Positions 23,049-32,917 of a stretch of 64,000 nt of DNA are shown one piece after another. Both the position numbers and the translations under genes were made by a program. Position 1 is the first letter of the stretch; every line of letters begins with the position of its first letter. The notes below the pieces were generated by a model. That model was not told the origin of the DNA. It was given only the letters and a program-made list of their open reading frames with translations, and did no database searches. The stretch comes from a virus (lineage: Duplodnaviria; Caudoviricetes), in the IMG/VR virus record IMGVR_UViG_3300047275_000752, positions 1 to 64,000 of that record. The stretch is one strand, 5' to 3'.

Positions 23049-26000
23049 GTGATTTTATCCTCTTCTGATGTCTACTCTCTGTTTACTAGGGATCCTATTG
23101 TTAGTGCGATTGCGACTGTCAGGATAGTAAAAGGTCGGCCGGCTTTAGAAGCAGGCAGTGGTGTCTATATCTATATTCAGGAATACCCGATTGTCCAGGA
23201 GTTCACGGCAACCTGGCCGATGTGGATTGTCGACTATGACGAGGAGCCACTCGACGTTGTTTTAAGTCAGATCAAAAAGTTAGTACCAAACTTCCAGATA
23301 ACAAAAACTGGTGCATTCATACATGCAAGCACTACTGATTTAAGGATAGAAAACACAAAAACCAAGCCCAAGCAGAAACTGCCAGATAGGTTAACTATTG
23401 ATCTGAACGAAAAATTTAGGGAGCTGCAGCAATCAATAGAAGACCGAATGCTGTTAGTTGGCCCTGGCCGGGCTGGCAGGGATGGCCGGGATGGGCCTCC
23501 AGGTAAAGACGGAAGAGACGGTCAAGATGGCCGAGACGGCAAAGACTTGCAAGCGACCGATGTTGAACTCGGTGATCTAAAGGATGTTTTTGTTTCTGAC
23601 GCAAAGAATCGTCAATTCTTGATGTATGATGGATCTTCATGGATCCCTAGCTTTGTTCCTCAAATAATTAAGAGCAGTGCCGCAGGCGGCGTAGATGCCG
23701 ATATGGTTCGGCAGATCTGTGGCATTGATCAGACTGGCGAACCAATGGGTCACGCCAATAAGTTAGACAGCGCAATTACTTTTAATAATACCACCAGGAC
23801 TTTTACGATAGCACCTGTAGCGTCTAGCTTTGATGTATGGGTCAAGGGAATCAAGTTTACCTATACAGAAGCGCAAAGCGTTCAGATTCCAGACGAATCC
23901 GATTTGTATTATATCTATTTTGATTCCAATGGTGATATTGGCTATCAAACGTCATTCTTTGTTTGGGATAGTCAGGCATTTACTTCATACATCTATTGGA
24001 ACGCCGCCGAAGGTGTTGCTACATATTTTGGCGATGAGCGCCATGGTATCGTACTTGACTGGCAGACGCATGAATATTTGCACCGGACGCGTGGTGCATC
24101 ACTTGCCAGTGGTTTTGGTATTCAAAATTACACAGTAACTGGTGACGGATCAGTTGATGCCCATGCCCAAATTGAAATTTTAAATGGTACATTTTTTGAT
24201 GAAGATCAGCAAATTGATATCACGCATTCTGCCACTCCTGTCCCGCAGACATGGCAACAGCAACTAATTGGTCCAGCAAGGATACCTGTTGCTTACCACA
24301 CAAATAATGGCTGGACTGTTAATGCAGCAACTGACTTTCCGGTAAAGACCAGTGGCGGTCAACCTGTTTACAACTTAAACACTTCAGGGGCGTGGAGTCT
24401 TGCCAATGTAGACGAGAACAAGTATTTTCACGTATTTATTGTTGCTACTCACAATCTAGGAAATCCTGTTATTTCTGTTCTTGGTCAACGGCAAGATACA
24501 AACATTAGCAATGCCAGGGGGTATACGTGGGATAATCTGAATTTGCTAGATTTCCCGTCGCTTGAATTCAGGCCACTTTATCATTTGATATATCAGCATG
24601 GTGCATATGGAAACACAGTAAATGCCAGACTAAGGGAAGTCGTTGATATCAGGTATTCTAGTATCGGAACATTCGCATCAGGGCTAATTGGTCAGAGTGG
24701 CGCGACTGGGGCCACGGGCGTTCAGGGTGATGTTGGAGCAACTGGGCTTACAGGCAACACTGGAGACATAGGTGCCACTGGCCCGCAGGGTGATGCTTTT
24801 GATTTGAATTATCAAGGGGTCTGGAGTAGCGCTACTGCATATCTTGCATTTCAGAGTGTCAGCTATAGCAATAGCATATGGCTATCAACTAGATCTACCA
24901 CTAACGAGCAACCTGGAACCAATGATGCCTGGGCGTCAATTGCTGCACAAGGGGCTCAAGGGCCTACCGGTCCTCAGGGACCGATTGGCTTTGATGGCGC
25001 TACTGGGCCGCAAGGTGTTGGCGAAATTGGAGCTACTGGTGCTACTGGGCCGATCGGTCAGCAGGGGCCGCAGGGCCCAGCCGGTGCTGATGGGCAAGAT
25101 GGTATCCAGGGCCCACCGGGTCCAAATATCAATTTCCAGGGATCTGTCCAGGCAGTATCTGATTTGCCTTTGGGTGCCTCTGTTGGTGATGCATATACGG
25201 TTGCAAACGAAGGTTTTTCGATTTATGTATGGAATGGAACTTCTTGGGTTGATGGAGGTCCGCTTCAAGGTCCGCAGGGTATCCAGGGTCCAGCGGGTCC
25301 AGTCGGCCCTCAAGGCGCCGCTGGTGCAACCGGTGCAACTGGTGTTGCAGGACCGCAGGGCAGTCCAGGTCCCGCTGGAGGCAGCTTTCTGGCAGCCAGG
25401 CTTTCCCTGACGATTAACTCTAGTACGACTAGCCTTACTATTTCGACAACTCAGGAGTGGCCGCTGATACCGGCCGATGTTGCTCAGTACAAAATACTGA
25501 TCGATAATGAAATAATGAATGTTACGGCCACATCCGGCACGTACGGCAACTTGCAGTTAACAGTATCTAGAGCGCAGCTAGGGACCAGCGCAAGTGCTCA
25601 CAATAAAAATGCTCTTGTATATCTTCGCCAGATTTTACCATTGCCTGGTGCTACTGGTGCGACTGGCGCAGTAGGCGCTACTGGCGCAACCGGCGTTGGC
25701 GCAACAGGTGCTACTGGTGCTATTGGGGCAACTGGTCCTGCAGGCAGCAGCAGTATTAGCCCCGTAAGATTGCAGGAAGTTCAGATGACATCATCCCTGG
25801 CAAGTAATGCATCTGCCGACTTGCTATTCACCTCTTTGAATGGTATTGGTACATTTGTTTCTGTTCAGGTGTCAAAGCCTGCTTGGGTTAGATTTTATAC
25901 AACCGCTTCTGAACGCACAAGTGATGCCGCCAGGTTAATGACAGTTGATCCTGCACTCGGGTCTGGTGTACTGCTTGAAGTAGCAACAACAACACAAAAT

Positions 26001-26147
26001 CAGACCGTTAAGATCACTCCTGCGACAGGTTACTATAATGGTGATTCACCTATTGACAGTAAAATATACGCTTCCGTCAAAAATCTAAGTGCTACTAATG
26101 AGGTTATTTCAGTTACACTGACGGTTGTCACCTTTGGCGCTACTTAA
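23049..26147 (+). CDS. multidomain collagen-containing tail fibre/spike
   Basis: several Gly-X-Y blocks (GRDG, GPQG, GATG) separated by beta-rich domains, one resembling a carbohydrate-binding module (YQGVWSSATAY). Confidence 0.75.
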   Translation: MILSSSDVYSLFTRDPIVSAIATVRIVKGRPALEAGSGVYIYIQEYPIVQEFTATWPMWIVDYDEEPLDVVLSQIKKLVPNFQITKTGAFIHASTTDLRIENTKTKPKQKLPDRLTIDLNEKFRELQQSIEDRMLLVGPGRAGRDGRDGPPGKDGRDGQDGRDGKDLQATDVELGDLKDVFVSDAKNRQFLMYDGSSWIPSFVPQIIKSSAAGGVDADMVRQICGIDQTGEPMGHANKLDSAITFNNTTRTFTIAPVASSFDVWVKGIKFTYTEAQSVQIPDESDLYYIYFDSNGDIGYQTSFFVWDSQAFTSYIYWNAAEGVATYFGDERHGIVLDWQTHEYLHRTRGASLASGFGIQNYTVTGDGSVDAHAQIEILNGTFFDEDQQIDITHSATPVPQTWQQQLIGPARIPVAYHTNNGWTVNAATDFPVKTSGGQPVYNLNTSGAWSLANVDENKYFHVFIVATHNLGNPVISVLGQRQDTNISNARGYTWDNLNLLDFPSLEFRPLYHLIYQHGAYGNTVNARLREVVDIRYSSIGTFASGLIGQSGATGATGVQGDVGATGLTGNTGDIGATGPQGDAFDLNYQGVWSSATAYLAFQSVSYSNSIWLSTRSTTNEQPGTNDAWASIAAQGAQGPTGPQGPIGFDGATGPQGVGEIGATGATGPIGQQGPQGPAGADGQDGIQGPPGPNINFQGSVQAVSDLPLGASVGDAYTVANEGFSIYVWNGTSWVDGGPLQGPQGIQGPAGPVGPQGAAGATGATGVAGPQGSPGPAGGSFLAARLSLTINSSTTSLTISTTQEWPLIPADVAQYKILIDNEIMNVTATSGTYGNLQLTVSRAQLGTSASAHNKNALVYLRQILPLPGATGATGAVGATGATGVGATGATGAIGATGPAGSSSISPVRLQEVQMTSSLASNASADLLFTSLNGIGTFVSVQVSKPAWVRFYTTASERTSDAARLMTVDPALGSGVLLEVATTTQNQTVKITPATGYYNGDSPIDSKIYASVKNLSATNEVISVTLTVVTFGAT

Positions 26148-26157
26148 CCTGCTTGCA

Positions 26158-26166
26158 GGTAAACTA
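26158..26166 (+). promoter_or_regulatory. putative late promoter (GGTAAACTA)
   Basis: 20 nt before ATG 26187. Confidence 0.65.
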
Positions 26167-26186
26167 ATTGAAGATTATCGCCTGGC

Positions 26187-27032
26187 ATGGTTTACAATTT
26201 ATACTATCAATATGGTCCAGTCTTTGGTTCTAATAGTAATTACACTCCAATTCTTGATTATCATTATGGTACATTTCTGCCTACTCGTGGGTGGGATGTT
26301 AACGTTCAGTCTGGCATTTTATATGGAAATGCTAGTTCTACTCAATACTACTGGTATCACAAAGATTTCACAACACTAACTGGTACTACTATATCTGAAC
26401 ATACATTGCAGACATGGACACCGTCGCTTCAGGATATGTTTGTATATGACACTACCTTGAGTCCACCTAATTATACAACGGGAGCTGTTCAAGCGAACTG
26501 GGATAACAGAAAACAATTCTATAGTGATCTTAGTGTTAGTTTTGCACCTGGCAGTGCTCAGTGGTGGGTTAATGATACAGATAACTCTTGGTTTGTTATA
26601 TGCGGCGCCAGGTTAATGGCCCTTGAGATGCCATCAGGCGGCTATGTCGATAGAGGCAACATGACTATTTCTTCAACATTATGCGGACCACTTAGAATGG
26701 GATGGTTTCCAGATGCTGCTAGCATCGCAGCTCCATTTATGTCAAATACTGTAGGTACCCCAATCCAAATAGTCAGCGGAATATTGCCAACAAGCAAAAT
26801 TCTAACAAGGGCCAGTGATCTTGTCGCGATTGCTAGTGACCATATTTACTGGATCGGAAGTCCCGTTGATATTTTGCAAAAATGGCATTCTGGTAGTAAC
26901 CTTGTGGCTCCTCAGAATGTTGCCGTGACAGTTACTCAAATAGGTTCTAATTTCTACTTTGATACTGGTGGCAACAGTAATTATGGGTTATTATTCAACG
27001 TAGGAACAACTGAACCTGCGTTTGTGCCTTAA
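26187..27032 (+). CDS. hypothetical virion-associated protein
   Basis: 281 aa, rich in aromatic residues and Thr, in the late module. Confidence 0.6.
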   Translation: MVYNLYYQYGPVFGSNSNYTPILDYHYGTFLPTRGWDVNVQSGILYGNASSTQYYWYHKDFTTLTGTTISEHTLQTWTPSLQDMFVYDTTLSPPNYTTGAVQANWDNRKQFYSDLSVSFAPGSAQWWVNDTDNSWFVICGARLMALEMPSGGYVDRGNMTISSTLCGPLRMGWFPDAASIAAPFMSNTVGTPIQIVSGILPTSKILTRASDLVAIASDHIYWIGSPVDILQKWHSGSNLVAPQNVAVTVTQIGSNFYFDTGGNSNYGLLFNVGTTEPAFVP

Positions 27033-27055
27033 CGTATTCACCTTCCTGATCAAAG

Positions 27056-27247
27056 ATGCCTAGCCTAGTAATTCCAGCCGGTAACGTTGACACCAACGTA
27101 GGTGGCGACTATGATCTGAATAATCAATACAGGCCTATCAGTACTTACATACTGTATTCTATCCTTGATCAAATCATCTTAGCGTCTGGCCGAACCCTAG
27201 TAACCCGCCCCACTAGCGGTATGATATACCCGAGAAGAAACTCTTAA
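27056..27247 (+). CDS. small hypothetical protein
   Basis: 63 aa ending RPTSGMIYPRRNS; fills the gap between neighbours. Confidence 0.55.
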   Translation: MPSLVIPAGNVDTNVGGDYDLNNQYRPISTYILYSILDQIILASGRTLVTRPTSGMIYPRRNS

Positions 27248-27251
27248 GATT

Positions 27252-27260
27252 GGAATACTA
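27252..27260 (+). promoter_or_regulatory. putative late promoter (GGAATACTA)
   Basis: 67 nt before ATG 27328; the leader contains AAGGAG. Confidence 0.55.
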
Positions 27261-27327
27261 AAAAGAATCGCGCCACTACTCTACGGGGCGGGTTCTGTAA
27301 CACCTCTCATTAATAAGGAGAATTCAA

Positions 27328-27678
27328 ATGGCTGCTCGTTCTAGTGGTGTGTTCCCCAGGGAAAAGTTTGACCTGGATGCCGCCCTGGCTGTCACCGCAA
27401 CCTCGGCTGCTGCTGCTATTGACCTCAAGTCGATCAATACCATCCGCGTGGTTGTGATTGGCGCCGCTGGCGTCGACAATGCTGGCACCAACAAGATCAC
27501 CGTTAATGTTGGCGGTGAGTCGGTTGTGTTCAATGCGAATGATCTGGATGCCAATGGTGTGGGCATTGCTCATATCCGTGGCTCCCTGTGCGACGCCAGC
27601 AACAACGTTGACTACGATCTCGGAGGCACTGCTACCCTGGTTGGGTGCTATATCGACGCCGTCGACAACGTTGGCTGA
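27328..27678 (+). CDS. putative head decoration/minor capsid protein
   Basis: 116 aa, Ala-rich and beta-type; MCP-like codon bias, own promoter, SD and terminator suggest high copy number. Confidence 0.5.
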   Translation: MAARSSGVFPREKFDLDAALAVTATSAAAAIDLKSINTIRVVVIGAAGVDNAGTNKITVNVGGESVVFNANDLDANGVGIAHIRGSLCDASNNVDYDLGGTATLVGCYIDAVDNVG

Positions 27679-27701
27679 TAAAATCAGCTAATCGGAATAA
27701 T

Positions 27702-27727
27702 AAGGGGTGACGCAAATCACCCCTTTT
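27702..27727 (+). terminator. intrinsic terminator
   Basis: AAGGGGTGA-CGCAAA-TCACCCCTT followed by TT. Confidence 0.8.
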
Positions 27728-27730
27728 GTT

Positions 27731-28025
<295 letters not shown>

Positions 28026-28033
<8 letters not shown>

Positions 28034-28211
28034 ATTCGTTTACTTGACCGGACCAAGGATACTTGAAGACGGCAAAAATCTGGATCGGGATTTTCGCGGA
28101 GGGCATCCTAGGACTGCTCATCGCGAAATAACCGATCCAGTAAGTGACGGCAGTCTTGGCCCTCCTGGATACGAGCCAGGCCAGAAGAATTTGGATGGTT
28201 CTGATCTGTAA
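28026..28211 (+). CDS. small hypothetical protein
   Basis: MDEFVYLTGPR..., 61 aa, overlaps the previous stop. Confidence 0.55.
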
Positions 28212-28220
28212 GGAACACTA
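28212..28220 (+). promoter_or_regulatory. putative late promoter (GGAACACTA)
   Basis: 20 nt before ATG 28241. Confidence 0.65.
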
Positions 28221-28240
28221 TCTGTAGTGCAGATCAGGCC

Positions 28241-28363
28241 ATGCCTCTCCCTTATGTTACTGCAAAGGCGACCGGCAAGGCGAAGAGCCCTGGCGGTCGG
28301 ACCAAAAGCAATGGTGCCATGACCAAGAAAACAAATTCTCGCAAGAAGGGCAGTAAGAAGTAA
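28241..28363 (+). CDS. small Lys-rich basic protein (40 aa, not in the ORF track)
   Basis: MPLPYVTAKATGKAKSPGGRTKSNGAMTKKTNSRKKGSKK; TAATG overlap with the next gene. Confidence 0.6.
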   Translation: MPLPYVTAKATGKAKSPGGRTKSNGAMTKKTNSRKKGSKK

Positions 28364-28665
28364 TGGCACAAAAGAAGCGTAGCACTGCTGATTTTTACGC
28401 CAAAAATCCAGAAAGTTACAAGAAAAAATTGGCGTACGATAAAAAGCGGAATGCTAGACCTGATCGGAAAGATTACAGGGCTGAGTTAGCTCGTGAGCGC
28501 AGGGCAAGGGGTATAATGGGCAAAGGTGGTCCAGACTTATCCCACACTTCCGGGGGAGGATTCAAGCTTGAAAATCCCAGTAAAAATAGGGCCAGGAATG
28601 GTCATGGCGACAATCCTAGGCTTGCATCGGGTAAAGGCACTAGGAAGCAAAAGAAAAGGAGCTAG
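28363..28665 (+). CDS. basic protein, possibly a degenerate HNH-like protein
   Basis: Lys/Arg-rich; DLSH...E..SKNRARNG. Confidence 0.6.
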   Translation: MAQKKRSTADFYAKNPESYKKKLAYDKKRNARPDRKDYRAELARERRARGIMGKGGPDLSHTSGGGFKLENPSKNRARNGHGDNPRLASGKGTRKQKKRS

Positions 28666-28669
28666 AAAA

Positions 28670-28987
28670 GTGTCTGACGATCAAACGCAGCGAGTAATCC
28701 TTAGGCTTATTTTCTGTGTATATGGCTACATGATGGCAATGGCAAGCGCCAATGTGATCCATTGCGAATTCAAGGACAGTCAGTCCTGCAGTCAGGAATG
28801 GGCGCAGGCATTTACAATTAGCAGTGGCGCGGCCACGACATTGTGGGCTTATATTACTGATAATCCAATTCAATCTTCCAGGAAATCTGCTGAATCCAGG
28901 AACTTGCCAACTGGACAGCCTGATCCGCAAACAGGTGGTGCGACTAGTGGTGCTAGCAGCGGAACAAGACAGAGGCGTCGCCAGTAA
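28670..28987 (+). CDS. membrane protein, putative holin
   Basis: GTG start; two hydrophobic segments; upstream of the endolysin. Confidence 0.45.
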   Translation: MSDDQTQRVILRLIFCVYGYMMAMASANVIHCEFKDSQSCSQEWAQAFTISSGAATTLWAYITDNPIQSSRKSAESRNLPTGQPDPQTGGATSGASSGTRQRRRQ

Positions 28988-28990
28988 TTA

Positions 28991-28999
28991 GGTAAACTA
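28991..28999 (+). promoter_or_regulatory. putative late promoter (GGTAAACTA)
   Basis: 23 nt before ATG 29023. Confidence 0.65.
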
Positions 29000-29022
29000 A
29001 AAACGCACCATAGGGTATCCCA

Positions 29023-29295
29023 ATGGACGAATCACGTGGGGTATCCCATGAGGATATCTATCATCGGCTAGGATCACTTGAGGGCAAGCTAGACGCGGCC
29101 ATCACAAAAATGACTGACTTCAAGCGCGACCTTGATACGTGTTATGGTCGTATCAGGACTTTAGAAGCCCACTTAAACAAAGCAGTTGGTATTGCTATCG
29201 TGCTTAGTATTATAATTCCTGTTGGATTAAATATGTTTACAAGCAATTACCACCTGCATTTTTCTAACCAACAAGATCAGCCGCGTATCAGGTAA
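29023..29295 (+). CDS. coiled-coil membrane protein (holin/XhlA-like)
   Basis: coiled coil followed by a single TM (AVGIAIVLSIIIPVGL); directly before the endolysin. Confidence 0.5.
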   Translation: MDESRGVSHEDIYHRLGSLEGKLDAAITKMTDFKRDLDTCYGRIRTLEAHLNKAVGIAIVLSIIIPVGLNMFTSNYHLHFSNQQDQPRIR

Positions 29296-29299
29296 ACTA
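29291..29299 (+). promoter_or_regulatory. putative late promoter (GGTAAACTA)
   Basis: 20 nt before the endolysin ATG. Confidence 0.65.
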
Positions 29300-29319
29300 T
29301 TGGGCGATTTTGACCCAAT

Positions 29320-30438
29320 ATGTCTGGTGTTTCTACTAGCTGGCACACCATTGCAGTATTAGCTACCAGCGCTGGAGCAAAATATCCAGAGCTGTGTGCA
29401 GCCCAATGGGCGCTAGAGAGTAGCTGGGGATCCAAGCAATCTGGAAAGAATAATTTCTTTGGTTTAAAGGGAAAAGGAACCAATAAGACTACTACCGAGT
29501 ATGTGGATGGAAAGCCTGTAACCATAGACGATGAATTTCTTGACTTTAATAGTGCTCAAGAATGTGTAAACTATCTAGTACAAAGATGGTATAAAGACTT
29601 CGATGGCTATTCCGGTGTCAATCGTGCTAGCTCCAGGGAAGACGCCGCTCGAATGCTGGAATCGGAAGGATATGCAACAGATCCACAGTATGCAGAAAAG
29701 CTGATCAAAATCATGAACTCTAATTCAGTGCCAAGCAAAAGTATTTCACTTAAAGATGCTGCTGCTAATTACAAAAAACTGAAGCATCAGGATGAGGGGT
29801 GGTTGTACTTGCAAAAGACTTTATCGCAAGAAGAACTGTCTAAGTTTGCCTCACTTTACAGGGGCGGTGACTCAGTGGGAACCAGCAAGATCGCCAATCC
29901 TTTGAAGGTGCCATATTTTTATCAAAGAGATAGTAAGACAGGGCATGGAGAACGGTGTTGCCAGGCATCTGCCATAGCAATGGTTTTGAAGTATTTGAAC
30001 AAAGACTTGATTGTAGATGATGACGACTATCTGAATTTGGTTTTCAGGTATGGCGATACTGTGTCTCAGGCTGCTCATTCCAAGGCATTACAGCATCTTG
30101 GTGTAAAACATAAGTTCTGCAAAAACGGCTCAGAAAAAGATATATTGCGTCTTATCGATAATGGATATCCGGTCCCTCTAGGAATTTTACATAAGGGCGA
30201 CTTGAACAATCCGACCGGTGGTGGTCATTATGTGACCATCATTGGTTATGATGACACATACTTTTACGTGCATGATCCTTTTGGTGAACTCAATGTTGTT
30301 GGTGGTGGATACCTCAAGACGAGACCAACTGATGGGCGGTCACAGATGTACACGAGGAAGAATCTGCTGAAACGATGGCTAATTCAGAGCAATTCTGATG
30401 GATGGTACTGGGATTTAAGTGGTAATGATCTAGCATGA
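29320..30438 (+). CDS. endolysin: glucosaminidase (FlgJ-like) plus C39-like peptidase domain
   Basis: AQWALESSWG, NNFFGLK, GYATDPQYAEKL; then VPYFYQRD..CCQAS..GGGHYVTIIGYD..HDPFG. Confidence 0.88.
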   Translation: MSGVSTSWHTIAVLATSAGAKYPELCAAQWALESSWGSKQSGKNNFFGLKGKGTNKTTTEYVDGKPVTIDDEFLDFNSAQECVNYLVQRWYKDFDGYSGVNRASSREDAARMLESEGYATDPQYAEKLIKIMNSNSVPSKSISLKDAAANYKKLKHQDEGWLYLQKTLSQEELSKFASLYRGGDSVGTSKIANPLKVPYFYQRDSKTGHGERCCQASAIAMVLKYLNKDLIVDDDDYLNLVFRYGDTVSQAAHSKALQHLGVKHKFCKNGSEKDILRLIDNGYPVPLGILHKGDLNNPTGGGHYVTIIGYDDTYFYVHDPFGELNVVGGGYLKTRPTDGRSQMYTRKNLLKRWLIQSNSDGWYWDLSGNDLA

Positions 30439-30665
30439 ACAAGCAAGTAGTAATCCCATTTTTGCCAGGATACATGTTCAATGGGTACTCCCTTGAATCA
30501 ACTGGTGCAGCATTGCCTCCAACTCAGCATATTCACCCAGACACCGGTGAGGTAATCTATTATGTTAGGCCGTTATTTGCTTTTAGCGGGCCATTTGTTG
30601 GTATGTACATCAGGCACAAAGGAATCATTGAATGGCTTCAATCTATTGAAGGCGAGCTTCTCTAA
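30435..30665 (+). CDS. hypothetical protein
   Basis: ATGA overlap with the endolysin. Confidence 0.55.
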   Translation: MNKQVVIPFLPGYMFNGYSLESTGAALPPTQHIHPDTGEVIYYVRPLFAFSGPFVGMYIRHKGIIEWLQSIEGELL

Positions 30666-31124
30666 TCAGACATTAACGCTAATATCATCATCGTCATCAT
30701 CGTCATCATCGCCTGGAACATAGGCCAACCCAGGGATGCTTTCTACTATTTCCCTCATGTAGCTATGTATCATATCTTTGCTCCATTCGCAATCATCGTA
30801 AAGCTTTTGGCTTAGTTCATTTAAGGTCAAGGAATGAGCATTTGTCCAGGCGCCACGAGACAATGCGTCTTCTTTTACTTTTGTCACATGAACTAGTATA
30901 TCTAGTTCATTGCTCAAGTCCTCTTGCTCTATTACTTGCTCAGCGTGATGGACTCGATCTTTGTCGATTAGCCACAGTATCCACTTGAAGATCGATGCAG
31001 TAAATCGAATTGCACCTATCGAGACACTTCCTACTATCTTCAGTGCAAGATTACTGCCTGATTGCATTAGAAACAGGACATTTTCAAAGATACTAGTCAA
31101 GCAATTGTAAAGGCCTGTTCTCAT
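30666..31124 (-). CDS. hypothetical protein with poly-Asp tail
   Basis: 152 aa, overlaps the end of dnaB. Confidence 0.6.
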   Translation of the reverse strand: MRTGLYNCLTSIFENVLFLMQSGSNLALKIVGSVSIGAIRFTASIFKWILWLIDKDRVHHAEQVIEQEDLSNELDILVHVTKVKEDALSRGAWTNAHSLTLNELSQKLYDDCEWSKDMIHSYMREIVESIPGLAYVPGDDDDDDDDDISVNV

Positions 31125-32917
31125 GATGCAAACCTAGAGCCGGGACTGGGGTGCCTTACTACGTTTATATTCTGCATTGTATCGTCATTTTTAAGGCTTT
31201 GGGTGGGATAATCAAGCTGGATCAACGACATTTGGATGTCATTCCTGACGGCAATAAGCCTCTCATTTGGAGGTTCGCCTTCCCAGAAATGCTGCCCATT
31301 GCGTACTGCACTATGCCACACTTCAAGCTTATTCTCTGATGGCCTCCCTTCGACTGCGACCTTATTTTTCCTAATAAGCCATACAGCATGTGACACATGA
31401 CTCAGGGCGTCAGTTCCCCGTATTTCATCAAGTTGAGGTTCCTTTGGCTCTGATGTCACGTTATTTCTTTCATTTTTCAAACCGACCTGGTTCATTTGAG
31501 CAAGGACAAATAGATCGATGTCTACCTCTTTCGCTACCGTCATCAGCTTATAGGCTCGTTCTTCCAACATCGATGCATTGTCTTTTGGCGCATTCTTATG
31601 TCGCGATAATGCATGGAAGTGATCTAGAACTACACACCTAAGGTCAGGATTTTTTGCCTTCATTGAGCGGATGGAGTTGGTTACCGTATTTGCGCATGCT
31701 CCCCAGGGCGCTTCTATCAGTAACTTGCCGTTTGATTCCTGAATAGCAAAAGCCAAAGCACCAAGTAGGTTTGTTAGGCCCTCTTTGTCATCATCGTTTG
31801 GACTAAATAGCTCACTAACTGTAACATATCCGAGTCTATCTTCAGATGCTCTCCAATGATAACCGTGCCTGGAGAGTAATTTGCGGCTAAAGGAAGCCAT
31901 CAACCGTGGTTCGATTGAATCGTAATCGAGTTCTGCGGATATGTAGCCTACTGTCAATCCCTTAGAACAGAGGGATGTCGCTATCTGACAACCTATTGCC
32001 GTTTTGCCCACCTTGGTTCTTGCTGCAATTGTCATCAATCGTCCGCCAAATAGTCTATGTGGCTCAGGGAAGGATACGCCTCCTCCTATGTCTAAATCAA
32101 ATGCGGCAATACCAGTAGAGGCTGGTCTGCGCTGTGCAATATTGCTAGAAAATCGATCTACCCAGTTTTTCCTTTGTCCGCCAGGGTCTCCAATGATCAC
32201 GTCAACCATTGCTACAGCTTGTCCCTGGTTACCTATGCTGCCTCTCATCATTCCAACGCCTTCCATTGCCTGCTGCTGCAAGTATTCAAGCGCTTCTTCT
32301 AATTTTGTGTCGGCCTTGATATTTTGTTTAGCGTTATGCAGCGTTTCAAGGTACAAGGCCCTTACTCGCACTTGTTTCAACACATCAAGCGCGGTATCCC
32401 ATTCAGACTTGGTGTCACCATAGCTCTTTATTAGATCTGGATCTGACAGTTCTGTTATCGTCTGGTTAAAGGAGATGACAGGTACAGTCCTAGAGGAATT
32501 ATTTAGATTAGTGTATCCAGCGATCAGTGATTCCCTTGATATGATTTGACCACTCCTATCTCCGATGAATGTTAGGTCAATTTCTTTTGCAATTGCCTTT
32601 AACCTTGAATCGGACCATAAATTAAGTGGCACCAGTTGCCCATGGCCGATCCCAAATCCTGTACGGAGGTTGCCCCATAGTTCACGGGCCATACCTGGAG
32701 GTGAAGACAGCACGCGGCTAAGGACAATAGCCTCCTGTGACGTTGTGTCTTCTCGATCCTGGACGGATGTGGGCTGCAGTTTGTCGACGATCCTGGCAAC
32801 TTCTGTTGCGCGATGGGCGTATTGACTATTGCATCCAGTGATTTTCCCATCATTTTCGACCAGAAGGCCGAGGTCAACTGCTTTTTGCAGATAAAATGGC
32901 AGTTCAGTCATGATCAC
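31121..32917 (-). CDS. dnaB: replicative DNA helicase, DnaB-like
   Basis: Walker A AARTKVGKT, ISAEL, VVLDHFH, LAQMNQ, IRGTDALSHVSHAVWL. Confidence 0.85.
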   Translation of the reverse strand: MIMTELPFYLQKAVDLGLLVENDGKITGCNSQYAHRATEVARIVDKLQPTSVQDREDTTSQEAIVLSRVLSSPPGMARELWGNLRTGFGIGHGQLVPLNLWSDSRLKAIAKEIDLTFIGDRSGQIISRESLIAGYTNLNNSSRTVPVISFNQTITELSDPDLIKSYGDTKSEWDTALDVLKQVRVRALYLETLHNAKQNIKADTKLEEALEYLQQQAMEGVGMMRGSIGNQGQAVAMVDVIIGDPGGQRKNWVDRFSSNIAQRRPASTGIAAFDLDIGGGVSFPEPHRLFGGRLMTIAARTKVGKTAIGCQIATSLCSKGLTVGYISAELDYDSIEPRLMASFSRKLLSRHGYHWRASEDRLGYVTVSELFSPNDDDKEGLTNLLGALAFAIQESNGKLLIEAPWGACANTVTNSIRSMKAKNPDLRCVVLDHFHALSRHKNAPKDNASMLEERAYKLMTVAKEVDIDLFVLAQMNQVGLKNERNNVTSEPKEPQLDEIRGTDALSHVSHAVWLIRKNKVAVEGRPSENKLEVWHSAVRNGQHFWEGEPPNERLIAVRNDIQMSLIQLDYPTQSLKNDDTMQNINVVRHPSPGSRFAS

